DNA of 64,000 nucleotides from an uncultured Clostridia bacterium (GTDB lineage: Bacteria > Bacillota > Clostridia > Saccharofermentanales > Saccharofermentanaceae). The position numbers were made by a program, and so were the translations under genes. The stretch is taken from assembly GCA_946529715.1 (NCBI GenBank), contig CAMMZJ010000002.1, positions 2,936 to 66,935 on the forward strand, written 5' to 3'. The notes under the pieces are model-generated. The model saw only the letters and a list, made by a program, of their open reading frames with translations, did no database searches and had not been told where the DNA came from. Shown here piece by piece: positions 1 to 9,900 of this stretch (position 1 is the first letter of the stretch; each line of letters begins with the position of its first letter).

Positions 1-1716
1 GGAAACGGGATCGTTGACGGGGAAGAGAGATCTGAGTTCACCAGGATCAGTGACGACGACAACGACGGCGTTGTTGTTTTCGAAGGGCTCGGTGCGGGAA
101 GTTACCTGATCGCGGAAGCGGAGGCCCCGGAAAACTATCTTCTTTCCGAGGAGTGCATCTCCGTTGACGTGGAAAAGGGCATGCTCTACGAGGTGTCCTT
201 TGCCGATCAGCCCTATAAGGCCCTGATCAGGATCCGTAAGTGCGACGGGGACGACCCGGACCACCTTCTCTCGGGAGCCGTATTCGAGCTTTACGAGGAC
301 GTGGATTCCGATGGTGTCTTAGATCCCGATATCGATGTCAGATCCTCCGTATCCTTCGTGGAGACCACGGACGATAACGGCGATCCCGTATATGTGACGG
401 ACGGGGGACTGCGGGCCGGTGATTATCTCATCCTGGAAACGGTATCCCCCGAGGGCTTCTCGGCGGCAGAAGGCGGGAATGTCACTCCGGTCACCATAAC
501 CCCGGATGTTGATACCTTAAACATGGAGTATCTTAACGTTACCATCGGAAACTATTGCAGGGGAACCGTCCACATCACCAAGATAGACGAGCTCTATCCC
601 GATAACAGGCTGTCGGGTGCGGTGTTTACCGTTTTCGACCTGCAGGGCAACGTGGTGGGCACCATGAGGGAGGAGAACGTCGGAGAGTACTATCTCAGGG
701 ATCTGCCCTGGGGAGACTACATAGTGGAGGAGACGGTGGCGCCTCCCGGCTTTAACAGGAGCAATAACACGTATCCCTTCAGCATCAGGACGGACGGTGA
801 GACCGTGGATATAGAAGATCCGGGCTTCACGGGTGTTGCCAATGATGCCACGGGAGCCCTTACGATCGTGAAGTGCGACGGAAAGGATACGGATATCCTG
901 CTCCCGGGGGCGGTGTTCAGTGTCTATATCGATGTGAATGCCGACTGTACCTATAGTGAGGGGATCGATGTGTTCTACGGATCCGTGGAGGATGAGGACG
1001 GCGACGGATGCTACCGCCTGGAGGATATCCCCAGACAGAACTATATAGTCAGAGAGGAGATCGCCCCGGAGGGATACGAGACAGATCCCAATTGGTATGC
1101 ATTCTCCGTAACGGCGGAGCTCTCTGAGATAATCGTCGGAAACGATACTTATACCCAGATAGACGGCGTGAGGGGACTTTTCCTCAACGAAGGTACCGTG
1201 ATCGGGACCACACTGGGGGAGAAGGAAACGGGGAAGACCGAACTCCTTCCCGAAGGGATCGTGACATTGGAGGACGTGGTCTCCTATAAGGGACTTATCG
1301 TCGGCATGGAATACGAACTTCAAGGCGAACTCAGGGATAAGGAGACGGGGGAGGTCCTTAAGGACTCTGAAGGCAATGATATCAGGACGCAGGTGATATT
1401 CACCGCCGAGGATCAGAGCGGGCAGATCTCCGTGTTCTTCGACGTTGACGTGAAGGATCTCCGGGGAAAGGATATCGTGTGCTTCGAATATATGTACAGG
1501 GACGGAAAGCAGGTGGGGCACCACACGGATATTAATGACTCGGATCAGACCGTGACAATTACACGCCCCGAGCCCGTGGTATCGGGAGTATCTAAGGAGC
1601 TTCCCGGGACGGGAGAGTCCTGGGGGTCAGGAAACCTTATAGCGGGGATACTGGTATCCGTATCCTCCGTAGCGGTACTTATCTGTTACATGAAGCAAAG
1701 GAGAAAGGATATCTAG
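1..1716 (+). CDS. LPXTG-anchored surface adhesin, 5'-truncated by the window edge (CnaB/SpaA-type repeats plus a C-terminal Thr-Gln ester-bond-like domain)
   Basis: Frame 1 is open from nt 1 (GNGIVDGEER...), so the listed M at 169 is internal. Repeated modules carry L(S/P)GAVF.(L/V)(Y/F) and E..(A/S)P.G(F/Y): LSGAVFELY/ETVSPEGF, LSGAVFTVF/ETVAPPGF, LPGAVFSVY/EEIAPEGY. The C-terminus has ELPGTG, a hydrophobic stretch and KQRRKD, which is a sortase sorting signal. Confidence 0.88.
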   Translation, partial: GNGIVDGEERSEFTRISDDDNDGVVVFEGLGAGSYLIAEAEAPENYLLSEECISVDVEKGMLYEVSFADQPYKALIRIRKCDGDDPDHLLSGAVFELYEDVDSDGVLDPDIDVRSSVSFVETTDDNGDPVYVTDGGLRAGDYLILETVSPEGFSAAEGGNVTPVTITPDVDTLNMEYLNVTIGNYCRGTVHITKIDELYPDNRLSGAVFTVFDLQGNVVGTMREENVGEYYLRDLPWGDYIVEETVAPPGFNRSNNTYPFSIRTDGETVDIEDPGFTGVANDATGALTIVKCDGKDTDILLPGAVFSVYIDVNADCTYSEGIDVFYGSVEDEDGDGCYRLEDIPRQNYIVREEIAPEGYETDPNWYAFSVTAELSEIIVGNDTYTQIDGVRGLFLNEGTVIGTTLGEKETGKTELLPEGIVTLEDVVSYKGLIVGMEYELQGELRDKETGEVLKDSEGNDIRTQVIFTAEDQSGQISVFFDVDVKDLRGKDIVCFEYMYRDGKQVGHHTDINDSDQTVTITRPEPVVSGVSKELPGTGESWGSGNLIAGILVSVSSVAVLICYMKQRRKDI

Positions 1717-1738
1717 AGTAAGGAGCATATAAGAGGGA

Positions 1739-1767
1739 TTGTCTTAGGATGATCCCTTTTATATAAT
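1739..1767 (+). promoter_or_regulatory. Sigma-A-type promoter placed so that the transcription start falls on the nudC ATG (leaderless candidate)
   Basis: -35 TTGTCT (1739-1744), 17-nt spacer, -10 TATAAT (1762-1767). The ATG at 1775 is 7 nt downstream of the -10, and no Shine-Dalgarno lies between them. Confidence 0.45.
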
Positions 1768-1774
1768 CTTACCC

Positions 1775-2605
1775 ATGATACAGGATATTGAACCACATAG
1801 ACTTGATAACTCATTTGACTATTATGCCGTCCCCGATAAGGATTCCATCCTTATCCATTTCACCCGTGACGGACTTCTTTACGGAACAAGGCTCCCGAGA
1901 CTTACTGACCTGGTGAAGATCCCCGATAAGCTGATCTATATACTGAAACTGGACGATACGAAGGTATTTCTTGCTTTGGACGAGACTTTGGAATATAAGG
2001 ACGGTCTTTGCTACAGGAAGATCCGTGAGCTTAGAAGGAGCGACAACATCACAAAGGAGGAGCTCTTTACCGCCTTTACCGCCAAGCAGCTGGATTCCTG
2101 GTATAAGAACAACAGATACTGCGGTCACTGCGGAAATGAGACGGTGAGGAGCGAGAACGAAAGGGCTCTTATCTGCACCTCCTGCGGACATATCATCTAT
2201 CCCAGGGTGGTGCCCGCCGTTATCGTCGCCGTCATCGACAGGGAAAGGGATAAGATACTGGTTACAAAATATAACGGAAGAGGCCCCGGGTACTATGCCC
2301 TGGTGGCGGGCTTCACGGAGATAGGCGAGACTTTGGAACAGACCGTTTCCAGGGAAGTCATGGAGGAGACCGGATTAAAGGTCAGGAACATCCGCTATTA
2401 CAGATCCCAGCCCTGGGGCGTTGCCGATGATATCCTGGCGGGTTTCTTCTGCGAACTGGACGGGGACCCCCATATCCATATGGACGAGCAGGAATTATCC
2501 GTCGCAGAATGGAAAAGTCGGGCCGAAGTGGAACTCCAACCCGACGATATGAGTCTTACCAATGAGATGATGACGTTGTTTAAGAATTCCCGGGAGCCGC
2601 AGTAA
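1775..2605 (+). CDS. nudC: NADH pyrophosphatase (Nudix hydrolase with zinc ribbon)
   Basis: Zinc ribbon CGHCGNET...CTSCGH. Nudix box GFTEIGETLEQTVSREVMEETG. Size (276 aa) and layout are typical of NudC. Confidence 0.85.
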   Translation: MIQDIEPHRLDNSFDYYAVPDKDSILIHFTRDGLLYGTRLPRLTDLVKIPDKLIYILKLDDTKVFLALDETLEYKDGLCYRKIRELRRSDNITKEELFTAFTAKQLDSWYKNNRYCGHCGNETVRSENERALICTSCGHIIYPRVVPAVIVAVIDRERDKILVTKYNGRGPGYYALVAGFTEIGETLEQTVSREVMEETGLKVRNIRYYRSQPWGVADDILAGFFCELDGDPHIHMDEQELSVAEWKSRAEVELQPDDMSLTNEMMTLFKNSREPQ

Positions 2606-4484
2606 AGCCCACATCCCACATTATGTTGCCGCTTTCCAGATCCTCGAGGGAGGAGTAGTAGGGCATGGGAAGGGTGCCGCTTAAGGGAACGTTTCCGCTC
2701 AATACATCAAATACGGCATTTCCGCCCTCGGATCCGGGCAGATAGCACATTATGACGTTATCCCAATCGGAGAGATAGTCATTTATGAGGACGTTCCTGC
2801 CCGCCACTATGAGGGTGGTCACGGGAAGGCCCGATGATGCGGCAAGCTCTATGGCTTCTGCGTTTCCTTCAAGGGCGTGATCTCCCGTTATGGAAAGATC
2901 CTCGGTGTCGCCGTACCACTCGGAATAGGGGTATTCTCCCACGCAAAGGAGCACCATGTCGCAGGATGAGATCTCCTCGGGGTCGGTGACTATCTCATAG
3001 CCGCAGGCATCGGCATTTTCCTGAAGAGCATCCAGGATGGTATTACAATCGGGACACCACTCCATATCCCAATTATCAGCATCAGAGGAGCCCTGCCAGG
3101 TGTAGGTCCATCCTCCGCAAAGAACTCCCGTGTCGTCGGAGGCGGGTCCCGTTACGAATATCCTCTTTCCCTGAAGGGTGTAATCGGAGGTGAGCTTGAG
3201 GGGAACGTAGCTCTCGGCTGCAAGCTGCCTTGCCACCTCCCGGGATCTGTCGCTGTTCCAGTCGTAGGCGGGGGTGAGCTCCTCAAGAAACGGATCGTCG
3301 AAAAGACCGAGCTGCAACTTGACGTTGATGATCCTGGTGACTGCGTCGTCGATCCTTTCCTCGGGGATCAAACCCTCCTCAACGCCTTCGATGATATAGT
3401 CACGGACATCCTCGTGGGTCTGCTCCTCCATGAACATGTCGATACCGGCGTTTACCGCGTTTATGACCTGATCTTTCAAGGTCGCCCCGGAGGTATTGTG
3501 TATGGAATTCCAGTCTGAGATGACTATGCCCTCGAATCCCAGATCGTTCTTCAGGATGCTTATATAATCTCCGTTCTCGTGCATCTTGACCCCGTTCACC
3601 GAACAGTGGGATACCATGACGGAGAGGACTCCCGCATCCACTACCTGTCTGTAAACATCAAGCAGTTCCGCGGCTCTCTCGTCGGAGATGGCAGCATCAC
3701 CCCTGTCGATAATGAAATCCCCCTCGCCCGTGCCGTAGGCGACGTCTCCCTCTCCGAAGAAGTGCTTGGCACAAGCCATCACACCCTGGGATTGAAGTCC
3801 CGTGATATAAGAGACCGCAAGGGGAGTGATGCGGGTAAGATCCGTGGAATAGCATTCATAGGTCCTGCCCCAGCGGGGATCCATGGAGGAGGTCACCACG
3901 GGACCGAAGTTCCATATCATGCCCGTGTAGATCATATCACTTCCCACAAGGGCTCCGTATTCTTCCGTTAGTTCGGGATCGTTCGCGGCCCCCATATTGA
4001 TGTTCTGGGGGAATATCACGCATCCCGAAGCGGTGTTTACTCCGTGGACGGAGTCGTTTCCGTAGATGAAGGGGATACCGGCTTCGGAATCCATTGCCGC
4101 CTCCTGGTAATCGGTGACGAGATCTCTCCATTGGTCGGCGCTCATGGCGGGCCAGATGCCGTAGGTGGAGAGCACCGATCCGTAGCAGGACTCCTGCATC
4201 TGGTCGGGGTCGAGGCAATAGACGGCACCCTGTACCATCTGGGATGCCTTCTGCTCCAGGGTAAGGCAGGATACTATCTGTTCAGCTGTCATGCCTTCGT
4301 AATCGACGGATACGGTGACTTCCGCAGGTGCAGCGCTCTCTGTGACTGCGACATCCGTGGTATTTTCCGTTTCGGAAGGGATAAGGGAAGTTTCCGTCTC
4401 TTCGGTTACCGTGGGGGTATTGCATGCCGTGAGGGCTGCAATAAGTGTCAAAGAGATCAATGTGGTCATGGTTTTCCGTTTCAT
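2580..4484 (-). CDS. Glycoside hydrolase family 3 (beta-glucosidase/BglX-like) lipoprotein
   Basis: Lipobox signal MKRKTMTTLISLTLIAALTAC. GH3 motifs GNDSVHG and KHFFGEG, and the nucleophile region GIVISDWNS. Start set at the internal M (4484), which begins the signal peptide, rather than the ORF-track M at 4520. Confidence 0.85.
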   Translation of the reverse strand: MKRKTMTTLISLTLIAALTACNTPTVTEETETSLIPSETENTTDVAVTESAAPAEVTVSVDYEGMTAEQIVSCLTLEQKASQMVQGAVYCLDPDQMQESCYGSVLSTYGIWPAMSADQWRDLVTDYQEAAMDSEAGIPFIYGNDSVHGVNTASGCVIFPQNINMGAANDPELTEEYGALVGSDMIYTGMIWNFGPVVTSSMDPRWGRTYECYSTDLTRITPLAVSYITGLQSQGVMACAKHFFGEGDVAYGTGEGDFIIDRGDAAISDERAAELLDVYRQVVDAGVLSVMVSHCSVNGVKMHENGDYISILKNDLGFEGIVISDWNSIHNTSGATLKDQVINAVNAGIDMFMEEQTHEDVRDYIIEGVEEGLIPEERIDDAVTRIINVKLQLGLFDDPFLEELTPAYDWNSDRSREVARQLAAESYVPLKLTSDYTLQGKRIFVTGPASDDTGVLCGGWTYTWQGSSDADNWDMEWCPDCNTILDALQENADACGYEIVTDPEEISSCDMVLLCVGEYPYSEWYGDTEDLSITGDHALEGNAEAIELAASSGLPVTTLIVAGRNVLINDYLSDWDNVIMCYLPGSEGGNAVFDVLSGNVPLSGTLPMPYYSSLEDLESGNIMWDVGFTAAPGNS

Positions 4485-4602
4485 GTAAACAGTATATATA
4501 CAAGACTGGGAATAATCCATGCCTGATAGTTCAAATTATCCAAGTAAAAAGCAAAAATCGACGGATTTTTTAAATAATCTGTCCAAAAGCATGCGGATGG
4601 TA

Positions 4603-4611
4603 TGTTATAAT
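4603..4611 (+). promoter_or_regulatory. Extended -10 element upstream of hppA
   Basis: TGtTATAAT at 4603-4611, about 60 nt upstream of the hppA start. No good -35. Confidence 0.4.
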
Positions 4612-4670
4612 CCCATTGGCTTTATAAAGAATAAAGTACTTATTCCAACATTACTTTACAGGAGGGTTGA

Positions 4671-6812
4671 ATGTTCAGTAATAACACTATCGTTTTAGTG
4701 GTCGTGTTAAGTGTATGCGTGCTTGCCATGGTATACATAATGGCGAACTTCTACCGCATCAAGAAGATGCCCGAAGGTACGCCTGACATGATCGAACTGT
4801 CCGGGATAATCCGTTCCGGTTCTGTTACGTTCCTCAAGACCGAATTTAAGGGCATCATAGCCGTTGTTGCGGCCCTGGCTCTTATCTTCACGCTCTTCAT
4901 CGAGAAGACTTCGGGTATCACGTTCATCGTGGGTGCTGCCATGAGTTCCGCCGTATGTGTTCTCGGTATGAGGTCCGCAACCTATGCAAATGTCCGTACA
5001 TCCAACAAGGCCCGTGAGACTCTCTCCATCGGAGAGACGGTCAAGGTGGCCCTTTGCGGCGGATCAATAAGCGGTCTGGCAGTTCAGGCCTTCGGTATGC
5101 TCGGACTTGTCTGCATCCTTCTCATCAGCGGCGTTAAGCACGATGCCACGGGATCAGGAGTCCTTATAAATCTCCAGTGTAATCCCACCATCATGAGGAT
5201 CTCCACCTATTCCCTCGGTTGCTCCATCGTTGCCATGTTCAACCGTGTTGCCGGTGGTAACTACACGAAGGCTGCCGATATCTCTTCCGATATCCTGGGC
5301 AAGATCCGTCATGATCTCCCCGAGGATGACAGCCGTATCCCCAACACCATCGCCGACTTTATCGGTGATAACGTTAACGACATCGCAGGTAACTGCTCCG
5401 ACTTGCTGGAGAGCTTTGTTGCCACCATGTCCGCAACCATCATGATCGCCGTTACCCTTTATCAGACGGCCATCCATGCGGAGAATGAGGCTATCTCCGA
5501 GACGACATTCAATGCCACCATCATCTTCCCGATAATCCTTGCCTGCGCAGGCCTTATCGGATGCCTTATCGGACTCGGTATCGCCAACTTCAAGAAGATG
5601 AGCGACAATCCTTCCAAGGAACTCGACCTTGCCACCTGGATCTCCGCCGGTGTCACCGTCATCCTCGGCGGAGCTGCCTGCTATCTCCTTTTCGGTAAGC
5701 TCGATCTTTACGATGAATTCAAGTTCGGATGGGTATCCCCCTGGATCTCCTCCATCTGCGGTATCGTCAGCGGTGTCGCCATCGGTATGATCACCGAGTA
5801 CTACACTTCAACGGAATATACTCCCACCAGGGAGCTCGCCGAGATCTGCCCCGAGGGAGAGGCCTTCGTAGTAACGAAGGGTGATGCCATCGGTTCCAGA
5901 TCCTGTCTTTTCCCGATCCTTATCATCGGTGTTGCCCTCGTTATTTCCGGATTTATCTGCGGTATCTACGGTATTGCCGTATCCGCCCTCGGAATGCTCG
6001 CCTTCGTAGGCGCAACGGTCTCCATCGATGCATTCGGACCCATCGCCGACAATGCCGGCGGTCTTTCAGAGGCATGCCACCTTCCTCCGGAGGTACGTCA
6101 GATCACCGATAAGCTCGATGCCGTAGGTAACACGACGGCTGCCATCGGTAAGGGCTTTGCCATCGGATCCGCTGCCTTCGCCACCGTATCCCTTATAGTT
6201 GCTTATGTTGGTAACTATTCCGATGTCGGCGCCGAGCTCACTCTTAATTTCGCGTCCTTCGTAGTTGTTGCCGGCGGTCTCATCGGCGGCGCTCTGGTCG
6301 AGTATTTCTGCGCAATGCTCACCGACAACACCATCGATGCCGCAAAGCTCATGGCTGACGTGGGCGATAAGCAGATGACGGATGAAGTACTGGCAGGTAA
6401 GGCTAAGCCCGATTACAACATGATGATCGAGATGGCCACCCGTGAGGCTATCAAGAGAATGGTAGTTCCGTCTCTTCTTGCCATCGTTATCCCCATCGTG
6501 GGCGGTCTCATGTTCGGCGTTCAGTTTGTCGGCGGACTTCTTGTGGGCGCGACCATCGTAGCCATCCCCAGAGCCATCTTCATGGGTAACTCCGGCGGTG
6601 CCTTCGATAACGCCAAGAAGTACATCGAGAGCGAACAGCTGGAGGGACACAGCAAGGGATCTGCCGCACACAAGGCATCCGTTACCGGTGATACCATCGG
6701 TGATACCCGTAAGGATGTGGTGGGCGTTGCCCTTGATATCTTCATCAAGATGATGTCCACGGTTGCCAATACCTTAGCACCCATCATCAGGAACATCAGC
6801 TTGTTTAAGTAA
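4671..6812 (+). CDS. hppA: Membrane-bound ion-translocating pyrophosphatase (K+-dependent type by motif)
   Basis: 713 aa polytopic protein with GDNVNDIAG, DAFGPIADNAGG, GNTTAAIGKGFAIGSAA and GDTIGDTRKD. The GNTTAA form (Ala rather than Lys) is the signature reported for K+-dependent enzymes. RBS AGGAGGG precedes the ATG. Confidence 0.92.
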   Translation: MFSNNTIVLVVVLSVCVLAMVYIMANFYRIKKMPEGTPDMIELSGIIRSGSVTFLKTEFKGIIAVVAALALIFTLFIEKTSGITFIVGAAMSSAVCVLGMRSATYANVRTSNKARETLSIGETVKVALCGGSISGLAVQAFGMLGLVCILLISGVKHDATGSGVLINLQCNPTIMRISTYSLGCSIVAMFNRVAGGNYTKAADISSDILGKIRHDLPEDDSRIPNTIADFIGDNVNDIAGNCSDLLESFVATMSATIMIAVTLYQTAIHAENEAISETTFNATIIFPIILACAGLIGCLIGLGIANFKKMSDNPSKELDLATWISAGVTVILGGAACYLLFGKLDLYDEFKFGWVSPWISSICGIVSGVAIGMITEYYTSTEYTPTRELAEICPEGEAFVVTKGDAIGSRSCLFPILIIGVALVISGFICGIYGIAVSALGMLAFVGATVSIDAFGPIADNAGGLSEACHLPPEVRQITDKLDAVGNTTAAIGKGFAIGSAAFATVSLIVAYVGNYSDVGAELTLNFASFVVVAGGLIGGALVEYFCAMLTDNTIDAAKLMADVGDKQMTDEVLAGKAKPDYNMMIEMATREAIKRMVVPSLLAIVIPIVGGLMFGVQFVGGLLVGATIVAIPRAIFMGNSGGAFDNAKKYIESEQLEGHSKGSAAHKASVTGDTIGDTRKDVVGVALDIFIKMMSTVANTLAPIIRNISLFK

Positions 6813-6834
6813 GGAACTTACACATAAAGACTCC

Positions 6835-6866
6835 GGGGGCCGTCTTCATTTGACGGCCCCCTTTAC
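6835..6866 (+). terminator. Rho-independent terminator after hppA
   Basis: GGGGGCCGTC (6835-6844), 7-nt loop, GACGGCCCCC (6852-6861), followed by TTT. Confidence 0.75.
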
Positions 6867-6923
6867 GTCTCCGGATCAATTACCGAATTATTGCCTAATA
6901 AGATGTAACAACACGGAAATCTT

Positions 6924-6952
6924 TTGACGGAAAATATCTGCTAATATAAAAT
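6924..6952 (+). promoter_or_regulatory. Sigma-A promoter of the GH2 gene
   Basis: -35 TTGACG (6924-6929), 17-nt spacer, -10 TAAAAT (6947-6952). RBS GGAAGG lies 5 nt before the ATG at 6981. Confidence 0.55.
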
Positions 6953-6980
6953 ATATAATTATGAAAAACGGAAGGTCATA

Positions 6981-9900
6981 ATGAAGTTCGAATATGCCAA
7001 TGACGGCTTCCTGCCGTACGGATCATTTGATTCAATATATAAGGAAAGGGAACTTCCCGAATTCGGAGCAGTGGAATCCCCGTATAAAAGGGAGCTTACG
7101 GGTTGGAAGTTCTTCCTTGCCAAGTCCGAGAGCGAGATACCCTTCGGATTTGAATCCCGTTCCTTCGATGATTCCGAATGGGATATCATCAATGTACCTT
7201 CCACTTGGCAGACGGAAGGATACGGTCTGCCCCAAAATCTCCTCTATAACTATCCCGAGGAACTGGATAAGATAGCAAAGAGGGGAGAGGAGTCCATCAG
7301 CGATAAGCTGCTCCTCCATTCCACGGATTCCGATTCCGACGAGGTCGGTATATACAGGACCAGCATCGTATTCTCCGAGGAGGATATCGACAGGGCCCTT
7401 TATCTTGAAGTATCCGGCATATGCGGAAGCTTCAATGTATATCTCAACGGACAGCTTCAGACGGAATCCCATTCCGTAATGACCCATAAGAGACTTCTGA
7501 TCTCCAATTCCGCAAAGCCCGGCGTCAATCAGCTGGCTATCCTTGTTAACAGATGGGACAGGGACAGGAACGGAAAGATCAAGAGGGAGATCATGAACTA
7601 TGGTTTCTCCGGAATATTCAGACCCGTATTCGTGGTCGCCGAGCCTTTGCTCGAGATATCAAACCTTCATATCAGGCTTTCCAACGTCCCCGCGGCTTAC
7701 GTTAATCAGCTGACGGTGGATACCGCTTCCGAGAAGCAGAGCCTCGCCAAGGTCTCCAGGGGAGATTACCTTGTTAAGGCTGATTTCAATATCAGGAACC
7801 ATACGGACTACGTCATGCCATATAAGATAAATGTATCCGTGGTGGAGGCGAGATCCGAATACGATCCCTATAAGATGCCCTACGCCAAGCTCAATATGCA
7901 GTCGGCTCCCGGAGGCACCGTGGATTCCCATGAGACCATAAGGGATGCTGCGGAGTTTGTCGCCCTGGATGTACTCCAGTGGTCCGATGCAACTCCCGTC
8001 CAGTACGACCTGGTATTGGAGCTGACCGATTCCCGGGGAGGCGTCATCTGTGCCAAGAAGAGAAGGTTCGGATTCCGTTCCACCGAGATAATGATGGACA
8101 AGTTCCATATCAACGACAGACCTGAGACCTTGAAGCTCGTAAGATACTTCGAGTTCGACCCCATGAGCGGCATTACGGTGCCCATGGAGACATACAGGCA
8201 TGACATCATGCTGATGAAGCGTTGCGGGATCAACGGAGTCATCGGTCAGGGATTCCCCTTGAGCGACGATTTCCTTAACCTTTGTGACCAGTACGGTATC
8301 TATGTTATCGCGGAAAGCGACATGAACCTTATGCACGATTACGTGGAAAGTGCCATGGTGCATCCATCGGTGATCATGTGGGGAATGGGATCCTACGGAT
8401 TCGATGCCTCGAAGGGCGGTAAGATCAAGGCCGAACTCAAGACCATCGATGATACGAGACCCTGGTATGTTTCAAAGGATACGGAACTCAAGGTCACGGA
8501 TATGTCTCCAATGCCCGGCGATGCCGGACTTGTCTTCGGACCCTGGCAGGACCTCTGCCTTGACAGAAAGAATCTTTTTGACAAGAACAAGACAGGCAAT
8601 AATATCTTCGATACCGTACCCGGCAGGACCAGGTTCCCCGACGATACTGCAGAATATAAGTGGATCCACCATGCGGATCTCGTGGGAGGTAAGCAGAAGG
8701 AGAACAGCAGTATAGGTCAGGGTATCGTCAGTGCAGACAGGGAGCCCCATCCCATTTACCTGGATATCAGGAAGCAGTGCAGCGACATAAGCATCTTCGC
8801 GTCCCAGGACGATCCCATGCACCTGACCCTGCGCAATCTTCATCCCTTTGCGTACACATCGGATCTTGTGCTGGAGTGGAGGATCCTCCTCGGCGGTAAT
8901 CCCGTCATGAGCGGCAAGGGTAACATCCCCGAGATAGAACCCTACGGAACCAGGACCCTCAAGTTCCCCATAGATCCTAACAGATATCTTAGCGACGGTT
9001 GGGCAAACGGAAAGCCCGAGCTCATCGAGATGTATATGAATCTCCTGTCCCATGAGATCGTATTTGATATAAGCCTTAAGCTTGCAAATGATACATATTA
9101 TGCCAACGAGGGCTTTGAGATCGCCTTCTATCAGGATGTTCTGTCCGAGGAGTGCGGTAATCCCGTCGCTATTTCTAATGATCCCATGCTGGGTTCGGGC
9201 GTTGAAGTAAAGGCTCTTCCCGAGGGTGAAGTGTCAAATGACGGCCTTACGGAGGTGATGGAGGATACATCCCTTGTGGCCGCTGCTCCCGCGGAGCCGG
9301 AGATCAACGTCACCGAGCTCATCAACGAATATGAAGTATATGCCTTGCCCGGAAATATCACGGTGGGCAACGATAATATGAAGATCGTCTTCGACAGGGC
9401 AAAGGGTACCGTCGGAAAGATCAAGATAGGGGAGAGCGACTTCCTCATGGGCGGCTTCCTGCCCAGCTTCTACAGGTGTCCTTCCAATATCGACAGAACA
9501 GACAGGAGCTTCGTGCTGGCCAAGACCATATTCTCCAAGGAGAGCGACTACGAGGAGATACAGAAATCCCTTAAGTTCACGGGTGCCTCCTACGGAGTCA
9601 AGAACAACGTGTTCTCCTTTATCTCGAGATATAAGTCCTTCGCCATGAAGGATGAGGTGATCCTGGCCTATGAGATCCCCGCGGCGGATACCTTGAGGAT
9701 CACCCTGTCCTTTACACCCAGGTACGATATGGTCCGTTACGGACTCCGTGTACCCATCGTTAAGGATGATATGCTCTGCACCTGGTACGGAAGGGGCCCC
9801 GGAGAGTCCTACTACGACAGAAAGCTAGCCACGAGACTCGGCCTTTTCACCGCCGGCGCCGACAAGATATACCATCCCTATGCAAGACCTTCCGAGAACA

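Noticed and set aside
6904-6920. TGTAAC-N5-GGAAAT upstream of the GH2 promoter, considered as a further WalR-like or TTGTAACC-box site or a cre site.
   Set aside because: Only one hexamer matches and the second half-site is unrelated. There is no central CG as required for cre. A single 6-mer is expected many times by chance.
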